NCBI GenBank assembly: GCA_963422265.1
Contig: OY729416.1
Span: forward strand, 96,001 to 160,000
Reading direction: 5' to 3'
Length of the DNA: 64,000 nt
Origin: Thermodesulfobacteriota bacterium
Lineage (GTDB): Bacteria > Desulfobacterota_D > UBA1144 > Nemesobacterales > UBA2774
Positions 28,195 to 39,019 of this stretch are shown in pieces. A program made the translations under genes and the position numbers. How positions within the stretch are numbered: the stretch's first letter is position 1; the number at the start of each line of letters is the position of its first letter. The notes beneath the pieces were generated by a model. The model worked only from the letters and a program-made list of their open reading frames with translations. It searched no databases and was not told where the DNA came from.

Positions 28195-31056
28195 TCAAGC
28201 TGCCCTGCCGCAGCACTTTTTATATTTTTTGCCGCTCCCGCACGGGCATGGGCTGTTTCTCCCGATCTTTTTCTGTTGTCTCCTAATTGGTTTCCTAGCC
28301 TGTTCTTGCCCTCCTCCGCTGAGGGTCATGCGCTGCTGCCTCGCCCTTTTTTGCTCAAGCTCTTCTACTTCCGTTTCGCTTATAGGTTGAACCTTAAACA
28401 GTTTTTCGCACACGTCCATGTCCAGTCGGTTCATAAGAGAGCTAAACATATCATAGCCCTCTTTTTTGTATTCGTGAAGCGGATTTCTCTGAGCGTATCC
28501 CCTAAGCCCTATTCCCTCTCTTAGATGATCCATGCTAAGTAGGTGGTCTTTCCAAAGATAATCCAACGTTTGAAGCATCAAATACCTTTCAATCTGCCTC
28601 ATCGCTTCATAGCCTACGTTTCTCTCTTTGTCTTCATAATAATCTCGCGTCTTTTCACCTATAAATAGGTGTAGAGACTCTTTTTTGAAACCGCTCTTCA
28701 TGATCTCCTCAAAGTCAACTTCCACGTTGAAAATGGCACGTAGGGATTCCTTTAATTCGTTTAGGTCAAGGGAGTCTGAATTCGTTTCATCGGGAATCAA
28801 AGAGGAGGTTAGGTCATCAATAATATTATCAGCCATTTCATAGAGATTTTCTTTCAAGGTCTCGCCGCCAGCCAGATATTCCTTTCTCTTCGTATAGATC
28901 ACGTCTCTTTGCACGTTCAACACGTCATCGTATTCCAGCAGGTGCTTTCTTATATCAAAGTTTCTACCTTCTACCTTCTTTTGTGAATTCTCAATCGACT
29001 TGGTAATCATTCTGTGCTCTATAGGCGCTCCCTCTTCCCAACCGAGCCTATTCATAACGCTAGTTATGGTCTCTGAAGCAAAGATTCTCATCAAATTGTC
29101 TTCCAGCGACACGTAGAAGCGCGAGGATCCCGGGTCGCCCTGTCTCCCAGCCCTACCGCGAAGCTGGTTGTCTATTCTTCGTGATTCGTGTCTTTCGGTT
29201 CCTATTATATGAAGACCGCCAAGCTCAAGGACGGTTTTCTTCTCTTCTTCGCAAATAGATCTCGCCTCTAGCATAGCATCCTCAAACCGCTTGGGCTCCA
29301 CTTCGGATGGATCGTGAACGTTATATTTCTTTTTAAGTATATCAAGAGCCAGATACTCTGGATTTCCACCTAGCAAAATATCAGTGCCTCGCCCTGCCAT
29401 GTTAGTTGCTATGGTGACAGATCCGATCCTCCCTGCCTGTGCGACGATTCCCGCTTCGTTCTCATGCTGCTTTGCGTTTAAGACGCGGTGATCTATGTTG
29501 AGCTTCTTAAGCATTTTGCCGAGTTGTTCGGATTGTTCGATTGACGTAGTTCCCACGAGTATGGGACGGCCTAACTCGTTCTTAGATTTTATTTCATCAA
29601 CTACGGCATTGAATTTCTCTCGTTCCGTTTTATAGATGGCGTCGTTAGAATCAATTCTTATCATGGGCTTATTGGTTGGTATGACGTTCACGTCCAGCTT
29701 ATAAATATTCTTGAACTCAAAGGCTTCCGTGTCAGCCGTGCCCGTCATTCCGGCAAGCTTGCGATACATCCTGAAGTAGTTCTGAATCGTTATAGTGGCA
29801 AGGGTCTGATTCTCACTCTCTATCTCAACCCCTTCTTTGGCTTCTATGGCTTGATGCAGTCCGTCACTCCACCTTCTTCCGGGCATAAGTCTTCCCGTGA
29901 ATTCATCTACAATAATTACTTGCTTGTCTTTGACCATGTAATCCACGTCGCGGTGAAATAGGTTATGGGCACGCAGTCCCTGTATTACATGGTGCAAAAG
30001 CTCAAGGTTAACCGGATCGTAAATGTTGCTTACGCCAAGCGCCTGCTCTATTTTGTTAGAACCTTCCTCCGTTGGCGTTGCTTGTTTTGTCTTTTCGTCA
30101 ATTGTAAAGTCAGTTTCGTTTTTTAGTCCATTTACTACTCTGTTAATATCGTAGTAAAGCTTTGTGGAATCTTCAGAGGGTCCCGAAATGATTAAAGGGG
30201 TCCTAGCTTCGTCAATTAATATGCTGTCAACCTCGTCAACTATCACAAAGTTGTGCTTTCTCTGGACGTAGTCGTCGAGGGAAAACTTCATATTGTCCCT
30301 AAGATAATCAAATCCAAACTCGTTATTGGTCCCGTAGGTAGCGTGAGCATTGTAGGCCTCTTTTCTTGAACACTCTACGAGCTTAGTCTTAAAGGTGGCA
30401 AGGACGTCCAGGTTTCTTTCGGGGGGAATCTCAGCATCCGAGTATTCTTGGGGCCACACTGATAGGTTATTTTCAATCGCGTTTCGTGCTTGATCTTGGT
30501 TTTCCCATTCCACAAGATATGAAATTTCGTGGTTTATGACGCCGACTTCCAAACCCAGTATTTTATATATAGGTCCCATCCATACTGCGTCGCGTCTTGC
30601 TAGGTAATCGTTCACCGTTACAAGGTGGGAGCCCAGACCAGTTATTCCATTGAGGTAAAGTGGGAGTGCTGCCACCAGGGTTTTGCCCTCACCGGTTTTC
30701 ATCTCTGCGATTTTACCCTGGTGAAGCGCCAGTCCTCCTAAGAGCTGCATGTCAAAAGGGCGCATACCTAAAGTTCTGCGGGCAGCTTCCCTGACGACGG
30801 CAAAGGCTTCGGGGGCTATATCCCAAAGAGCTTTCTCTAATGCTTTCAAATCCGCTTCGTCATCGGACTCGCCACTGTTGTTCAGATTACTTTTAATAAC
30901 CTCTTTGAATTGCTCTGTTCTTCTACTTAGCTCCGCGTTTGAAACGTGCAGCAATTCAGCTTCGCACTTGCCTATTCCCTTAATTACTGGTCTGAGTTTC
31001 TTAAGCTCTTTTTCGTTCTGAGAGCCGATAATTTTCTTTACCAAATAAGAAATCAT
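28195..31056 (-). CDS. secA: Protein translocase ATPase SecA
   Basis: [50 protein letters not shown] and C-terminal [16 protein letters not shown] 31056 (MISYLVKK) preferred over 31146. Confidence 0.98.
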   Translation of the reverse strand: MISYLVKKIIGSQNEKELKKLRPVIKGIGKCEAELLHVSNAELSRRTEQFKEVIKSNLNNSGESDDEADLKALEKALWDIAPEAFAVVREAARRTLGMRPFDMQLLGGLALHQGKIAEMKTGEGKTLVAALPLYLNGITGLGSHLVTVNDYLARRDAVWMGPIYKILGLEVGVINHEISYLVEWENQDQARNAIENNLSVWPQEYSDAEIPPERNLDVLATFKTKLVECSRKEAYNAHATYGTNNEFGFDYLRDNMKFSLDDYVQRKHNFVIVDEVDSILIDEARTPLIISGPSEDSTKLYYDINRVVNGLKNETDFTIDEKTKQATPTEEGSNKIEQALGVSNIYDPVNLELLHHVIQGLRAHNLFHRDVDYMVKDKQVIIVDEFTGRLMPGRRWSDGLHQAIEAKEGVEIESENQTLATITIQNYFRMYRKLAGMTGTADTEAFEFKNIYKLDVNVIPTNKPMIRIDSNDAIYKTEREKFNAVVDEIKSKNELGRPILVGTTSIEQSEQLGKMLKKLNIDHRVLNAKQHENEAGIVAQAGRIGSVTIATNMAGRGTDILLGGNPEYLALDILKKKYNVHDPSEVEPKRFEDAMLEARSICEEEKKTVLELGGLHIIGTERHESRRIDNQLRGRAGRQGDPGSSRFYVSLEDNLMRIFASETITSVMNRLGWEEGAPIEHRMITKSIENSQKKVEGRNFDIRKHLLEYDDVLNVQRDVIYTKRKEYLAGGETLKENLYEMADNIIDDLTSSLIPDETNSDSLDLNELKESLRAIFNVEVDFEEIMKSGFKKESLHLFIGEKTRDYYEDKERNVGYEAMRQIERYLMLQTLDYLWKDHLLSMDHLREGIGLRGYAQRNPLHEYKKEGYDMFSSLMNRLDMDVCEKLFKVQPISETEVEELEQKRARQQRMTLSGGGQEQARKPIRRQQKKIGRNSPCPCGSGKKYKKCCGRAA

Positions 31057-31148
31057 GTTCTTATATAAACCTCTTCCCTGAGACGTCCCCCTCCTCCCCA
31101 CTTTGTTAACCTGAACGAAGTTATCACAAGTTTTTGACCGTGCCACAC

Positions 31149-31235
31149 GTTATTTCGATCGCAGAAGGATATATTTTAAGCCGTTCTTTAAGAGATTAGA
31201 TTCATTGGCTCTATTTCGCTTCACTCGTAATGACA
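31149..31235. repeat. Possible degenerate palindromic element (GTCATTGCGA...CTCGCAATGAC type)
   Basis: Ends read GTTATTTCGA ... TTCGCTTCACTCGTAATGACA; weak match. Confidence 0.3.
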
Positions 31236-31314
31236 ATTGTCTAGCTTCTTAACTTTATTCTACTCCATTCCTTGCATACATAAAGACCTGCTGACCATTC
31301 CATTAATTAAAGCG

Positions 31315-34300
31315 TCAATTGAGGTCAACGGATACTACGGTTGAGTCTCCGCCCTTGTTCGAGGTAATTCCGATAAGCGAGTTGACGTCCTGCATCGTTC
31401 TTTTATTGTGAGTGACCAATATAATCTGAGAGTTTTTGTCTATTTCCTTTATCAATTCTATAAAACAAGAAGTATTTCTATCGTCGAGCGGGGCGTCTAT
31501 TTCATCTAACAACAAAAACGGCGGGGGTTTGATGAGACAAGCCGATATTACAAGCGCGATTGCTGATAATGCTTTTTCTCCGCCTGAAAGTAGGGTTATT
31601 GGTTGAAACTTTTTTCCTCTCGGTCTTACCACCACGTCAACGCCCGACTCAAGCACGTCATCTGGATCCGTAAGTATTAACTTTCCTTCGCCTCCCCGAA
31701 AAATCCTGCTGAAGACCTCGCGGAACTTCTTTTCTATAGCTTCGTATGTTTCCCCAAATCTTTTTTTAGATTCCTTGTCAATTTTGGTTATAGCTTTTCC
31801 TAGGGAGACAAGGGCTTTAGTGATGTCTTGCATCTGCGCAGTCAGAAAATCGTATCTCTCTTCTAGCCTATTGTATTCCTCGGGAGCGAGCAGGTTTACG
31901 GGTCCGAATCTTTCAATTCGGCTCTGAAATTCCCTCAATTTAGCCTCTTCAGCCTCTACGTCTATATTCAGGCAATCCTGTGGAGTGGAATCTGTGACGG
32001 CGCAGTCATTGCCTTGCTTAATAGCAAAATCGCTGTTAGCGGACATTCTCTCTTTTATATTTTCAATCTCAATCTGAACGCCATTCAGATCAAGCTCAAG
32101 AGAATTGTTTTTTAGTCTGAGATCAGACAGGCGAGAGCTTATCATTTCCTTGCTCTCATTGGTAGCCCTTATATCTCTAAGAGTCTGTGCTCGCTCGTTC
32201 CTCTTTAGTGAAAGAATATTCTCGCTTTGACTGAGTGCAATACGATAATTTTTAATTTCCCTAACCGTGCTTTTATCCTTTTCAATTAGATTGAGTTTCT
32301 CCTGTTCTCTCGCTTCAATATTACGCGCCTCGGACCCAAGTCGCTTGGCTATTTCCCCTTTCCTTTTGTCAATATCCGTAAGGTCTTCCTGTATATTCTT
32401 TCTCTTTTCAATGAGTGATGCGCAAGTAACCTTTATGTCGGCAATTTCACTTTCCAAAGCCTTTTCTTTGCCTTCTGCGCTTTTGATCTTTTCCTCAATT
32501 TCTTTGAACTGCTGCTCAAAGTCAGTTTTCTCAACGTCTAACAACCTTATTTTTGCGTTCATTTCCTCAAACGTCTTTGACTTGTCGTTTATTTCACTGT
32601 CCGTCCGTTCCGAGCTTTTCCCTATTGCTTTAATCCTTTCTTCTACCTTCTTGAGATTGCTCTTAACGTTGATTATGTCTTTTTTGGCTTCCGCCTCTTT
32701 GATTCCAAGCTGTATCAACTCTCTATCACTTTCTTTTATCCTTAGCTTCACGTTCCTTATTCTATTTTCATCCGATTTTATTTCAGTAGACATTACCCGT
32801 GTCTGATCCTCAAGCTTCGCAACCTCGTTTATGAGGGTCTCAATCTCCGCTTTCCTCTCTATTGCCCCTGGCTGGGCTGCGCCCCCGGCAACTGCTCCGT
32901 CTGAATATGCACCATCCCCTCCAGGAGTAACAAAAGACAATCCACCGTCCATACGCAACCTGAGTTCAAGCGCCTTTTCTATTGAAGGCACGAGCAAGGT
33001 CTTTTCTAATATCCCATCAATAAATCCTAGTTTTTCTTTATCTAGCTTAACTACCTCGGAGAGCGTTCGTAAGTTGTCGTTCCTTTTATTATTAGGCGTT
33101 TTATAGTTCGCGCCTTTGGTCGCAATAAAAGTCGCTCTTCCTGAGGAGCGTTCCCTGAATGATTCAATAGCGGCAATTGCGTCTGAGTTGTCTCTCACCA
33201 CTATCCAGCTTGCCTTCTCTCCTAATGACGCTTGTGCAGCTTTTTCATAACCCTTTGAAACGGAGATAAAATCCGCTACCGTCCCTAATACTCCTTTGCC
33301 TTTATTATCAATGATAAAATTCCCTATCTCTTTAGGGAGCCATTCGTAGTTAGACTGAATTTGGTTAAGGGCATTTAGGCGCGACGTATCTCCCTTGAGC
33401 CTTTCATTAAATCTGTTTTTCTGATTAAGCTTAGTGCCGAGGAGTTCATTCAGAGAATCAAGCGTTAGCTCTAATTGGTTTTTATCTTCGTTAACCCTCT
33501 TTTTTATAGCCTCGTTTTTCCTGAGTAGTCCTTCTAATTTAGCTGCTTCGTCAGATAATTTATTCTTTTCTGACTGGGCTTCCTCAATTTCTTTTAAGAG
33601 TAGCTTTTTTCTCGATCTCAATTCTTCTAGCTCTCTTTGATGTCCTAACGCCACTCCCTTAAAAGCACTGTAGTCATTCAGGATTTTGAAAAGCCCACCT
33701 CTAACTTCCTGTCGCTTCCGGTGGATTTCAGACGAGCCGGCTCTGTGAATTAAGAGTTTGCTCTCCTTATCCTGAATGCGTTCTCGCTCGGACTCTAATA
33801 GCATATTAACTCGGGAGCGCGCGGCTTTTTTTGCTTCTGTAGTGGCTCCTATATTCTCTTGCTCCTGATTCAGCAAAGCCGTCTCGCTCACAATCTTCTC
33901 TATAAACCTATCAATGCTGGAAATTTCACTCTTTATAAGTTCCCGAGAAGATTCTTTTGACTGGATACTGGCGTTGGCAAGATAATTCTGTCTTTCAAGC
34001 TCTACTACTTCTTTCTCTAAAGAAGCTGCTTTGCCTTCGAGTCCCTTGAGGCACTTTGAAACAAGGATGATTTCTTTTTCCGCTTCAGACGCAGACTCGT
34101 CAACAACTAATTTATCTTCCAGTATTATTTTCTTGCTGTTTTCCAGATTGCGCAGCTTTATCCGTAATATCTTTAGCTCAAGTTCACTCGTCCTCTTAGA
34201 TAGCTCTCTGAATTTTTGGGCTTGCTTTGCCTGTGCATCAAGGTTGTCCATCTGCCGTTTTACTTCATTAGTCATGTCCTGCACGCGACTTAAGTTTTCT

Positions 34301-34845
34301 TTGGCACTTCTGATACGGGTCTCGGTCTCTCGGCGCCTGATCTTGTATTTTCTTATCCCCGCCACCTCTTCCACAAAGACCCTCTTATCTTCGGGTTTTG
34401 CTGTGATCAGTTGATCTATCCTGCCTTGACCTATGACTGAGTAAGACCTTGCGCCAGAGCCGGTATCTATAAAAACGTCTGTAACATCTTTTAATCTACA
34501 ACTGACCCCGTTTAGATAATATTCTCCCTCGCCCGACCTGAATATCCTCCTCTTTATTTCAACCTCTTCAAAATCATAAGAGGGCACGTCCTTGAGCACT
34601 AGAGACGCCTCAGCCATACCAAGCGGTTTTAGTGTCTCGCTTCCATTTGATATCAACTCTTCCATTATGTCTGCCCTAAGCTGTCTGGGGTTTTGCTCTC
34701 CAAGAATCCACCTTATGGCATCTAAGACATTTGATTTGCCGCACCCGTTGGGTCCAACCACGGCGTTCAATTGTCCGTCAAACTGTATTTTAGTGTTTTC
34801 GTAAAATGACTTAAAGCCGGTGAGGCTAAGGGATTTGATCTTCAT
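31315..34845 (-). CDS. smc: Chromosome segregation protein SMC
   Basis: GPNGCGKSN Walker A, long coiled coils with a central hinge, LSGGE signature and LLDEIDAPLD. Confidence 0.97.
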   Translation of the reverse strand: MKIKSLSLTGFKSFYENTKIQFDGQLNAVVGPNGCGKSNVLDAIRWILGEQNPRQLRADIMEELISNGSETLKPLGMAEASLVLKDVPSYDFEEVEIKRRIFRSGEGEYYLNGVSCRLKDVTDVFIDTGSGARSYSVIGQGRIDQLITAKPEDKRVFVEEVAGIRKYKIRRRETETRIRSAKENLSRVQDMTNEVKRQMDNLDAQAKQAQKFRELSKRTSELELKILRIKLRNLENSKKIILEDKLVVDESASEAEKEIILVSKCLKGLEGKAASLEKEVVELERQNYLANASIQSKESSRELIKSEISSIDRFIEKIVSETALLNQEQENIGATTEAKKAARSRVNMLLESERERIQDKESKLLIHRAGSSEIHRKRQEVRGGLFKILNDYSAFKGVALGHQRELEELRSRKKLLLKEIEEAQSEKNKLSDEAAKLEGLLRKNEAIKKRVNEDKNQLELTLDSLNELLGTKLNQKNRFNERLKGDTSRLNALNQIQSNYEWLPKEIGNFIIDNKGKGVLGTVADFISVSKGYEKAAQASLGEKASWIVVRDNSDAIAAIESFRERSSGRATFIATKGANYKTPNNKRNDNLRTLSEVVKLDKEKLGFIDGILEKTLLVPSIEKALELRLRMDGGLSFVTPGGDGAYSDGAVAGGAAQPGAIERKAEIETLINEVAKLEDQTRVMSTEIKSDENRIRNVKLRIKESDRELIQLGIKEAEAKKDIINVKSNLKKVEERIKAIGKSSERTDSEINDKSKTFEEMNAKIRLLDVEKTDFEQQFKEIEEKIKSAEGKEKALESEIADIKVTCASLIEKRKNIQEDLTDIDKRKGEIAKRLGSEARNIEAREQEKLNLIEKDKSTVREIKNYRIALSQSENILSLKRNERAQTLRDIRATNESKEMISSRLSDLRLKNNSLELDLNGVQIEIENIKERMSANSDFAIKQGNDCAVTDSTPQDCLNIDVEAEEAKLREFQSRIERFGPVNLLAPEEYNRLEERYDFLTAQMQDITKALVSLGKAITKIDKESKKRFGETYEAIEKKFREVFSRIFRGGEGKLILTDPDDVLESGVDVVVRPRGKKFQPITLLSGGEKALSAIALVISACLIKPPPFLLLDEIDAPLDDRNTSCFIELIKEIDKNSQIILVTHNKRTMQDVNSLIGITSNKGGDSTVVSVDLN

Positions 34846-35086
34846 TTATGCTGTAACGACTGAACATAATCAAAAGTTGCAAAAATGTAAAGACAAAGAC
34901 GCTGTGGAAGGAGGCGAGCGTCCTGTTGGCTCATAGTGCCTGGGTCAAACAGCTTGCGCGGAGGGTAAACGTGGTCGATGCTAGAACGTTGTCGCCTGAC
35001 GTGAAAGTGATACTATTATAAAAGATTGTTACTTGTTAAAATTGTGTTTCTATTTATCGTAGGCGCGTAGCTTTTTAATATATATC

Positions 35087-36442
35087 ATGGAAATGCACAC
35101 CAAGCCGCTTCCCCAGAATGTAGAAGCCGAACAGGCGATACTGGGAGCTATACTCATAGATGGCGACGCCATAAATCAGGTATTGGAAATCCTGATACCT
35201 GAGGATTTTTATAAAGATGCTCATAGCAACATATACAGTGCTATGATTGATCTCGACCGAGAGAACAAGCCGATTGATCTTATCACGCTGTTTGATCATC
35301 TAAAAGGATTGGGAAATCTGCTGGAAGAGGTTGGAGAGAGCAGCTACCTGACTTATTTGACCGAGCTTGTGCCCACAACTGAAAACGTAGCCTATTACGC
35401 AAAGCTGGTAAAAGAAAAAGCGATAATTCGAAAACTCGTTACGTCAGCAAGCGATATAGCACATCGCGCTAGAGAAGAGGGTATTGACGTAGATGAGTTT
35501 ATAGACAGTGCGGAGCACACGATTTTAGACATATCTCGGAATAAAATTAAGCCGAGCTTCTATGACTCAAAGGAACTTACGACAAAAGCCCTTGAAATGA
35601 TCGACGCTCTACACGCTGACAAGGAGCTGATAACAGGTATCGCCAGCGGATTTGATAGACTAGATCAAATGACCTCCGGCCTTCAGCCCTCGGATCTTAT
35701 AGTCATAGCCGCTAGACCGGGGCTGGGAAAAACCTCGCTTTGTCTTAATATCGCCGCGTTTGCCGCTATCCACGGTGGAGCGTCCGTTGGAATCTTTTCA
35801 CTGGAGATGACCAAGGAACAGTTAATGCTTAGAATGCTTTCAAACGAAGCGAAGGTTAGTTATTCAAATATAAGGAGTGGATATATAAAGGATGGGGATT
35901 TTAAGAAGCTAGTTGACGTTGGGGATAGGTTGAGCCAAGCGAAAATTTATATTGACGACACGCCAGCAATTACGGTGCTCGAGATACGCGGTAAGACGAG
36001 GAGGCAAAAAAAGGATAAGGGGCTAGATTTAATTATAGTGGATTACCTTCAACTCATGAGGGCGTCGAGAAAAACCGAGACGAGGGAGCGAGAAATCGCA
36101 GAAATATCTGGATCTCTTAAAGCGCTGGCAAAGGAGCTAGGTATTCCGGTAATAGCCGTCTCACAACTGAGTAGGCAAACCGAAGCTCGTTCTGACAAGC
36201 GTCCCCAGTTAGCCGATCTGCGCGAGAGCGGGGCGATTGAACAGGACGCGGACCTTGTTCTCTTTATCCACAGAGCGGACGCTTACAAAAGGAATTCTGA
36301 GGAAAAAGATGGAATAGCCGAGTTAATAGTGGGCAAGCAGAGGAATGGACCCACAGGAGCCTTTAAGCTCGCTTTCCTAGATAAGTTAGGCGTCCCCAGC
36401 TTTGAAAACCTTGCGCAGGAATATGAAGACGATTTTGTGTGA
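35087..36442 (+). CDS. dnaB: Replicative DNA helicase
   Basis: AARPGLGKT, FSLEM, VDYLQL, SQLSR, DLRESGAIEQDAD and KQRNGP motifs; no intein. Confidence 0.98.
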   Translation: MEMHTKPLPQNVEAEQAILGAILIDGDAINQVLEILIPEDFYKDAHSNIYSAMIDLDRENKPIDLITLFDHLKGLGNLLEEVGESSYLTYLTELVPTTENVAYYAKLVKEKAIIRKLVTSASDIAHRAREEGIDVDEFIDSAEHTILDISRNKIKPSFYDSKELTTKALEMIDALHADKELITGIASGFDRLDQMTSGLQPSDLIVIAARPGLGKTSLCLNIAAFAAIHGGASVGIFSLEMTKEQLMLRMLSNEAKVSYSNIRSGYIKDGDFKKLVDVGDRLSQAKIYIDDTPAITVLEIRGKTRRQKKDKGLDLIIVDYLQLMRASRKTETREREIAEISGSLKALAKELGIPVIAVSQLSRQTEARSDKRPQLADLRESGAIEQDADLVLFIHRADAYKRNSEEKDGIAELIVGKQRNGPTGAFKLAFLDKLGVPSFENLAQEYEDDFV

Positions 36443-36506
36443 TAATGCCGAAGATTCTTTCCACTTTGTTCTGCGTCATCCGCTGACGTCAGTTAGTGAT
36501 GGGACG

Positions 36507-37154
36507 TCAAACCAGCATCGGCTTTACGATTGCCGGCGATTTTACTTCTCCCTTGAAAAGCGCCTCGTTATTTTGCCATCCCTTAAACTTATCCATTATG
36601 CTTTTTAGCTTTTGCTGGACGCTTGTCCAGTGAAAATCCCATTCGTAGCTCCTCTTTCTGTGCCTAAAAAACATTTCTGAGAATATCTCCCTTTCGACGG
36701 GATAGCCTTTTTCAGCTATCCATCCAGTGCGAACGTTTCCATAGCCCGACCCGAACGACATGGCGAAGGACCCGGTGAGACCTAGCCTCTCTGCCCCTTT
36801 AGTGGCGAGTTCTATGAATACGAATAATGCTTCAGGAGCGCTATATCCACGCTCCTCAAAGTTCTCCTGCATAGTCATGAGGTTATCAACTAAGTACATG
36901 GGATAAAAAGTAGGATCGTAAACGGATACGGACTTCGTATAGCCTTCAATGGGTTTTCTTATTATTACGTCTTCCTCTATAACTCCTATCATGAAATCTT
37001 CTTTGTCAAATTCCCCAATATCGCCCGCGAGCTCAAGGGATTTTCGGACGTTATTCCATTCTCTCCGCGCAATTTCAAGGGATCTGTTCAGCCTCTCTTT
37101 ACTATTATTAATATCCTTGGACTCTCCGTTTTTCAAAAGCTCTTCAAGTTTCAT
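36507..37154 (-). CDS. Hypothetical protein (215 aa)
   Basis: Fills the dnaB-aroC gap with normal composition; family not recognised. Confidence 0.75.
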   Translation of the reverse strand: MKLEELLKNGESKDINNSKERLNRSLEIARREWNNVRKSLELAGDIGEFDKEDFMIGVIEEDVIIRKPIEGYTKSVSVYDPTFYPMYLVDNLMTMQENFEERGYSAPEALFVFIELATKGAERLGLTGSFAMSFGSGYGNVRTGWIAEKGYPVEREIFSEMFFRHRKRSYEWDFHWTSVQQKLKSIMDKFKGWQNNEALFKGEVKSPAIVKPMLV

Positions 37155-37296
37155 TTTTATCCCCGGTTTCGTTTTAGACTCGGTTAATACTTAGGTCAGC
37201 AAGCAATGATGACAATAATACCCCCGATTAAATTTCTTCTCAATTCTTTAGCATAGGTAAATTTACAATGTTTTGCATATCATATAAAATCTTCTC

Positions 37297-38367
37297 ATGC
37301 TCGGAAACTCATTCGGTAACCTGTTTCGTATAACAACTTGGGGAGAATCCCACGGGCCCGCCGTAGGCGTTGTTATAGATGGCTGTCCATCGGGCGTTGA
37401 GATATTAGAAGAGGAGGTTCAATACGAGCTAGACCGACGGCGTCCGGGTCAGAGTAGAATAACTACCCAAAGGAATGAGATGGACAAGGTGGAAATCCTC
37501 TCCGGAGTGTTTGAGGGAAAAACGCTCGGAACCCCTATTTCTTTAATGGTAAGAAATACGGATATTATTTCTAAGTCTTATGAGGATATAAAAGGCACCT
37601 ATCGTCCTGGTCACGCTGATTATACTTACGACGCGAAATACGGTTTTAGAGACTACAGGGGGGGGGGACGGTCTTCAAATAGAGAAACCGTAGGTCGCGT
37701 AGCCGCCGCCGCGATAGCCAAGAAGATTTTGAACACGAATGGGATAAAAACTCATGGCTACGTTAAACAAGTCGGCGACGTAGTTGCGGAGAATATAGAT
37801 TTTAACGAGATTGAAAGAAACGTAGTTAGATGTCCGGACGCTGATAAAGCCCAAGAGATGATTGATGCCATAGATTTGGTGAGAAAGGATGGGGATTCTA
37901 TCGGTGGCGTAGTAGAGGTCGTCTCTACCGGAATTCCCCCGGGACTTGGCAGCCCAGTGTTCAATAAAATAGAGGCTGATATCGCCTCGGGGCTGATGAG
38001 CCTCGGGGGCATAAGAGGGTTCGAGGTAGGTCTCGGATTTTCAGTCTCGGAGCTTAAGGGTTCGGAGGCTAATGACCTTATGTATAAAGATAATTCCGGC
38101 GGCTTGAGGTTCAAGACGAATAATGCGGGGGGGCTCTTAGGAGGGATTACGAACGGAGAAGACTTAGTTGTAAGGATAGCAATTAAACCTACTTCCTCTA
38201 TATCAAAAATACAGCGTACGGTAGATAAAGAAGGAAGTCCAAAGGAATTAAGAGTAAGGGGAAGGCACGATCCCTGTCTCTGCCCCAGAGCCGTGCCAAT
38301 CGCAGAGGCAATGGTAAATTTAGTCCTAACCGACCACCTGCTTATCTCAAGAGTTGCAAGATTGTAG
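37297..38367 (+). CDS. aroC: Chorismate synthase
   Basis: GESHG, RPGHAD, RGGGRSS.RET, KPTSSI and GRHDPC motifs. Confidence 0.98.
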   Translation: MLGNSFGNLFRITTWGESHGPAVGVVIDGCPSGVEILEEEVQYELDRRRPGQSRITTQRNEMDKVEILSGVFEGKTLGTPISLMVRNTDIISKSYEDIKGTYRPGHADYTYDAKYGFRDYRGGGRSSNRETVGRVAAAAIAKKILNTNGIKTHGYVKQVGDVVAENIDFNEIERNVVRCPDADKAQEMIDAIDLVRKDGDSIGGVVEVVSTGIPPGLGSPVFNKIEADIASGLMSLGGIRGFEVGLGFSVSELKGSEANDLMYKDNSGGLRFKTNNAGGLLGGITNGEDLVVRIAIKPTSSISKIQRTVDKEGSPKELRVRGRHDPCLCPRAVPIAEAMVNLVLTDHLLISRVARL

Positions 38368-38511
38368 GTTATCGAGGCAAGCGCGGCTTTTATTATATAC
38401 TGTTTGGTAGTGTGAAGAGACTATTGCATTGAGTAATTATAATTGGAAGTGTCATTATTGAATTGGACTAATTTGTTATTCCTCATATGTGGTAGAATTC
38501 CCCCATCATTT

Positions 38512-38833
38512 GTAGGGGTAACCCTTGTGGTTACCCATCACCCTTGCGCCTTAAGTTGACCATCCTTCAACAAGTTCAGGATATTGCTAGGGTCGCCCGC
38601 CTCCCTACAGGTAAATAGAAAATCCACCCTGACCCTCCTTTAGAAAAGGAGGGGAGTATCCTTTTCCTCACATACTCCCCATTTAGAAAAGGGGGATATA
38701 GGGGGATTTGACGGGGAGATGGGGAAGAAGAATTCCTTCTTTATCCCCCCCCCCTCTGGATTCCCGCTCGTGGGCGGGAATGACGGACTGGGTTATGAAT
38801 TCCCACTTCCCCCATTTTGTAGGGGGTAACCCT
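38512..38833. repeat. Composite palindromic cassette (internal-deletion variant); left flank of the island
   Basis: 38512-38664 matches 42804-42957 and 38665-38726 matches ~43089-43150. The GTAGGGG.TAACCCT start recurs at 38819. Confidence 0.93.
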
Positions 38834-38863
38834 TTCCTTGCTTAGACGATTATAAAACAACTA

Positions 38864-38893
38864 TTGCTATAAGGCGTGTTATTCTAGTATAAT
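38864..38893 (+). promoter_or_regulatory. Putative sigma-70 promoter of the island gene
   Basis: TTGCTA, 18-nt spacer, TATAAT; followed by an AAGGAG SD before ATG 38953. Confidence 0.45.
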
Positions 38894-38995
38894 AGCAACT
38901 TTCAGTAAAATCCTAATGAGAAACTAACTAGTCCAAGAAGGAGAAAACTGCTATGAAACATAGCTTTGTTATCAATAAACTAACCATCTCTTCTA

Positions 38996-39019
38996 CCCCC
39001 CCCCCCCCCCCCCCCCCCC
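38996..39019 (+). repeat. Poly-C tract (24 nt) in the signal-peptide coding region
   Basis: Read directly; currently in frame (T-P7-H). Confidence 0.93.

Noticed and set aside
37658-37667. G10 tract in aroC as a phase-variation switch
   Set aside because: It encodes the conserved RGGGR motif of a housekeeping enzyme and is in frame.
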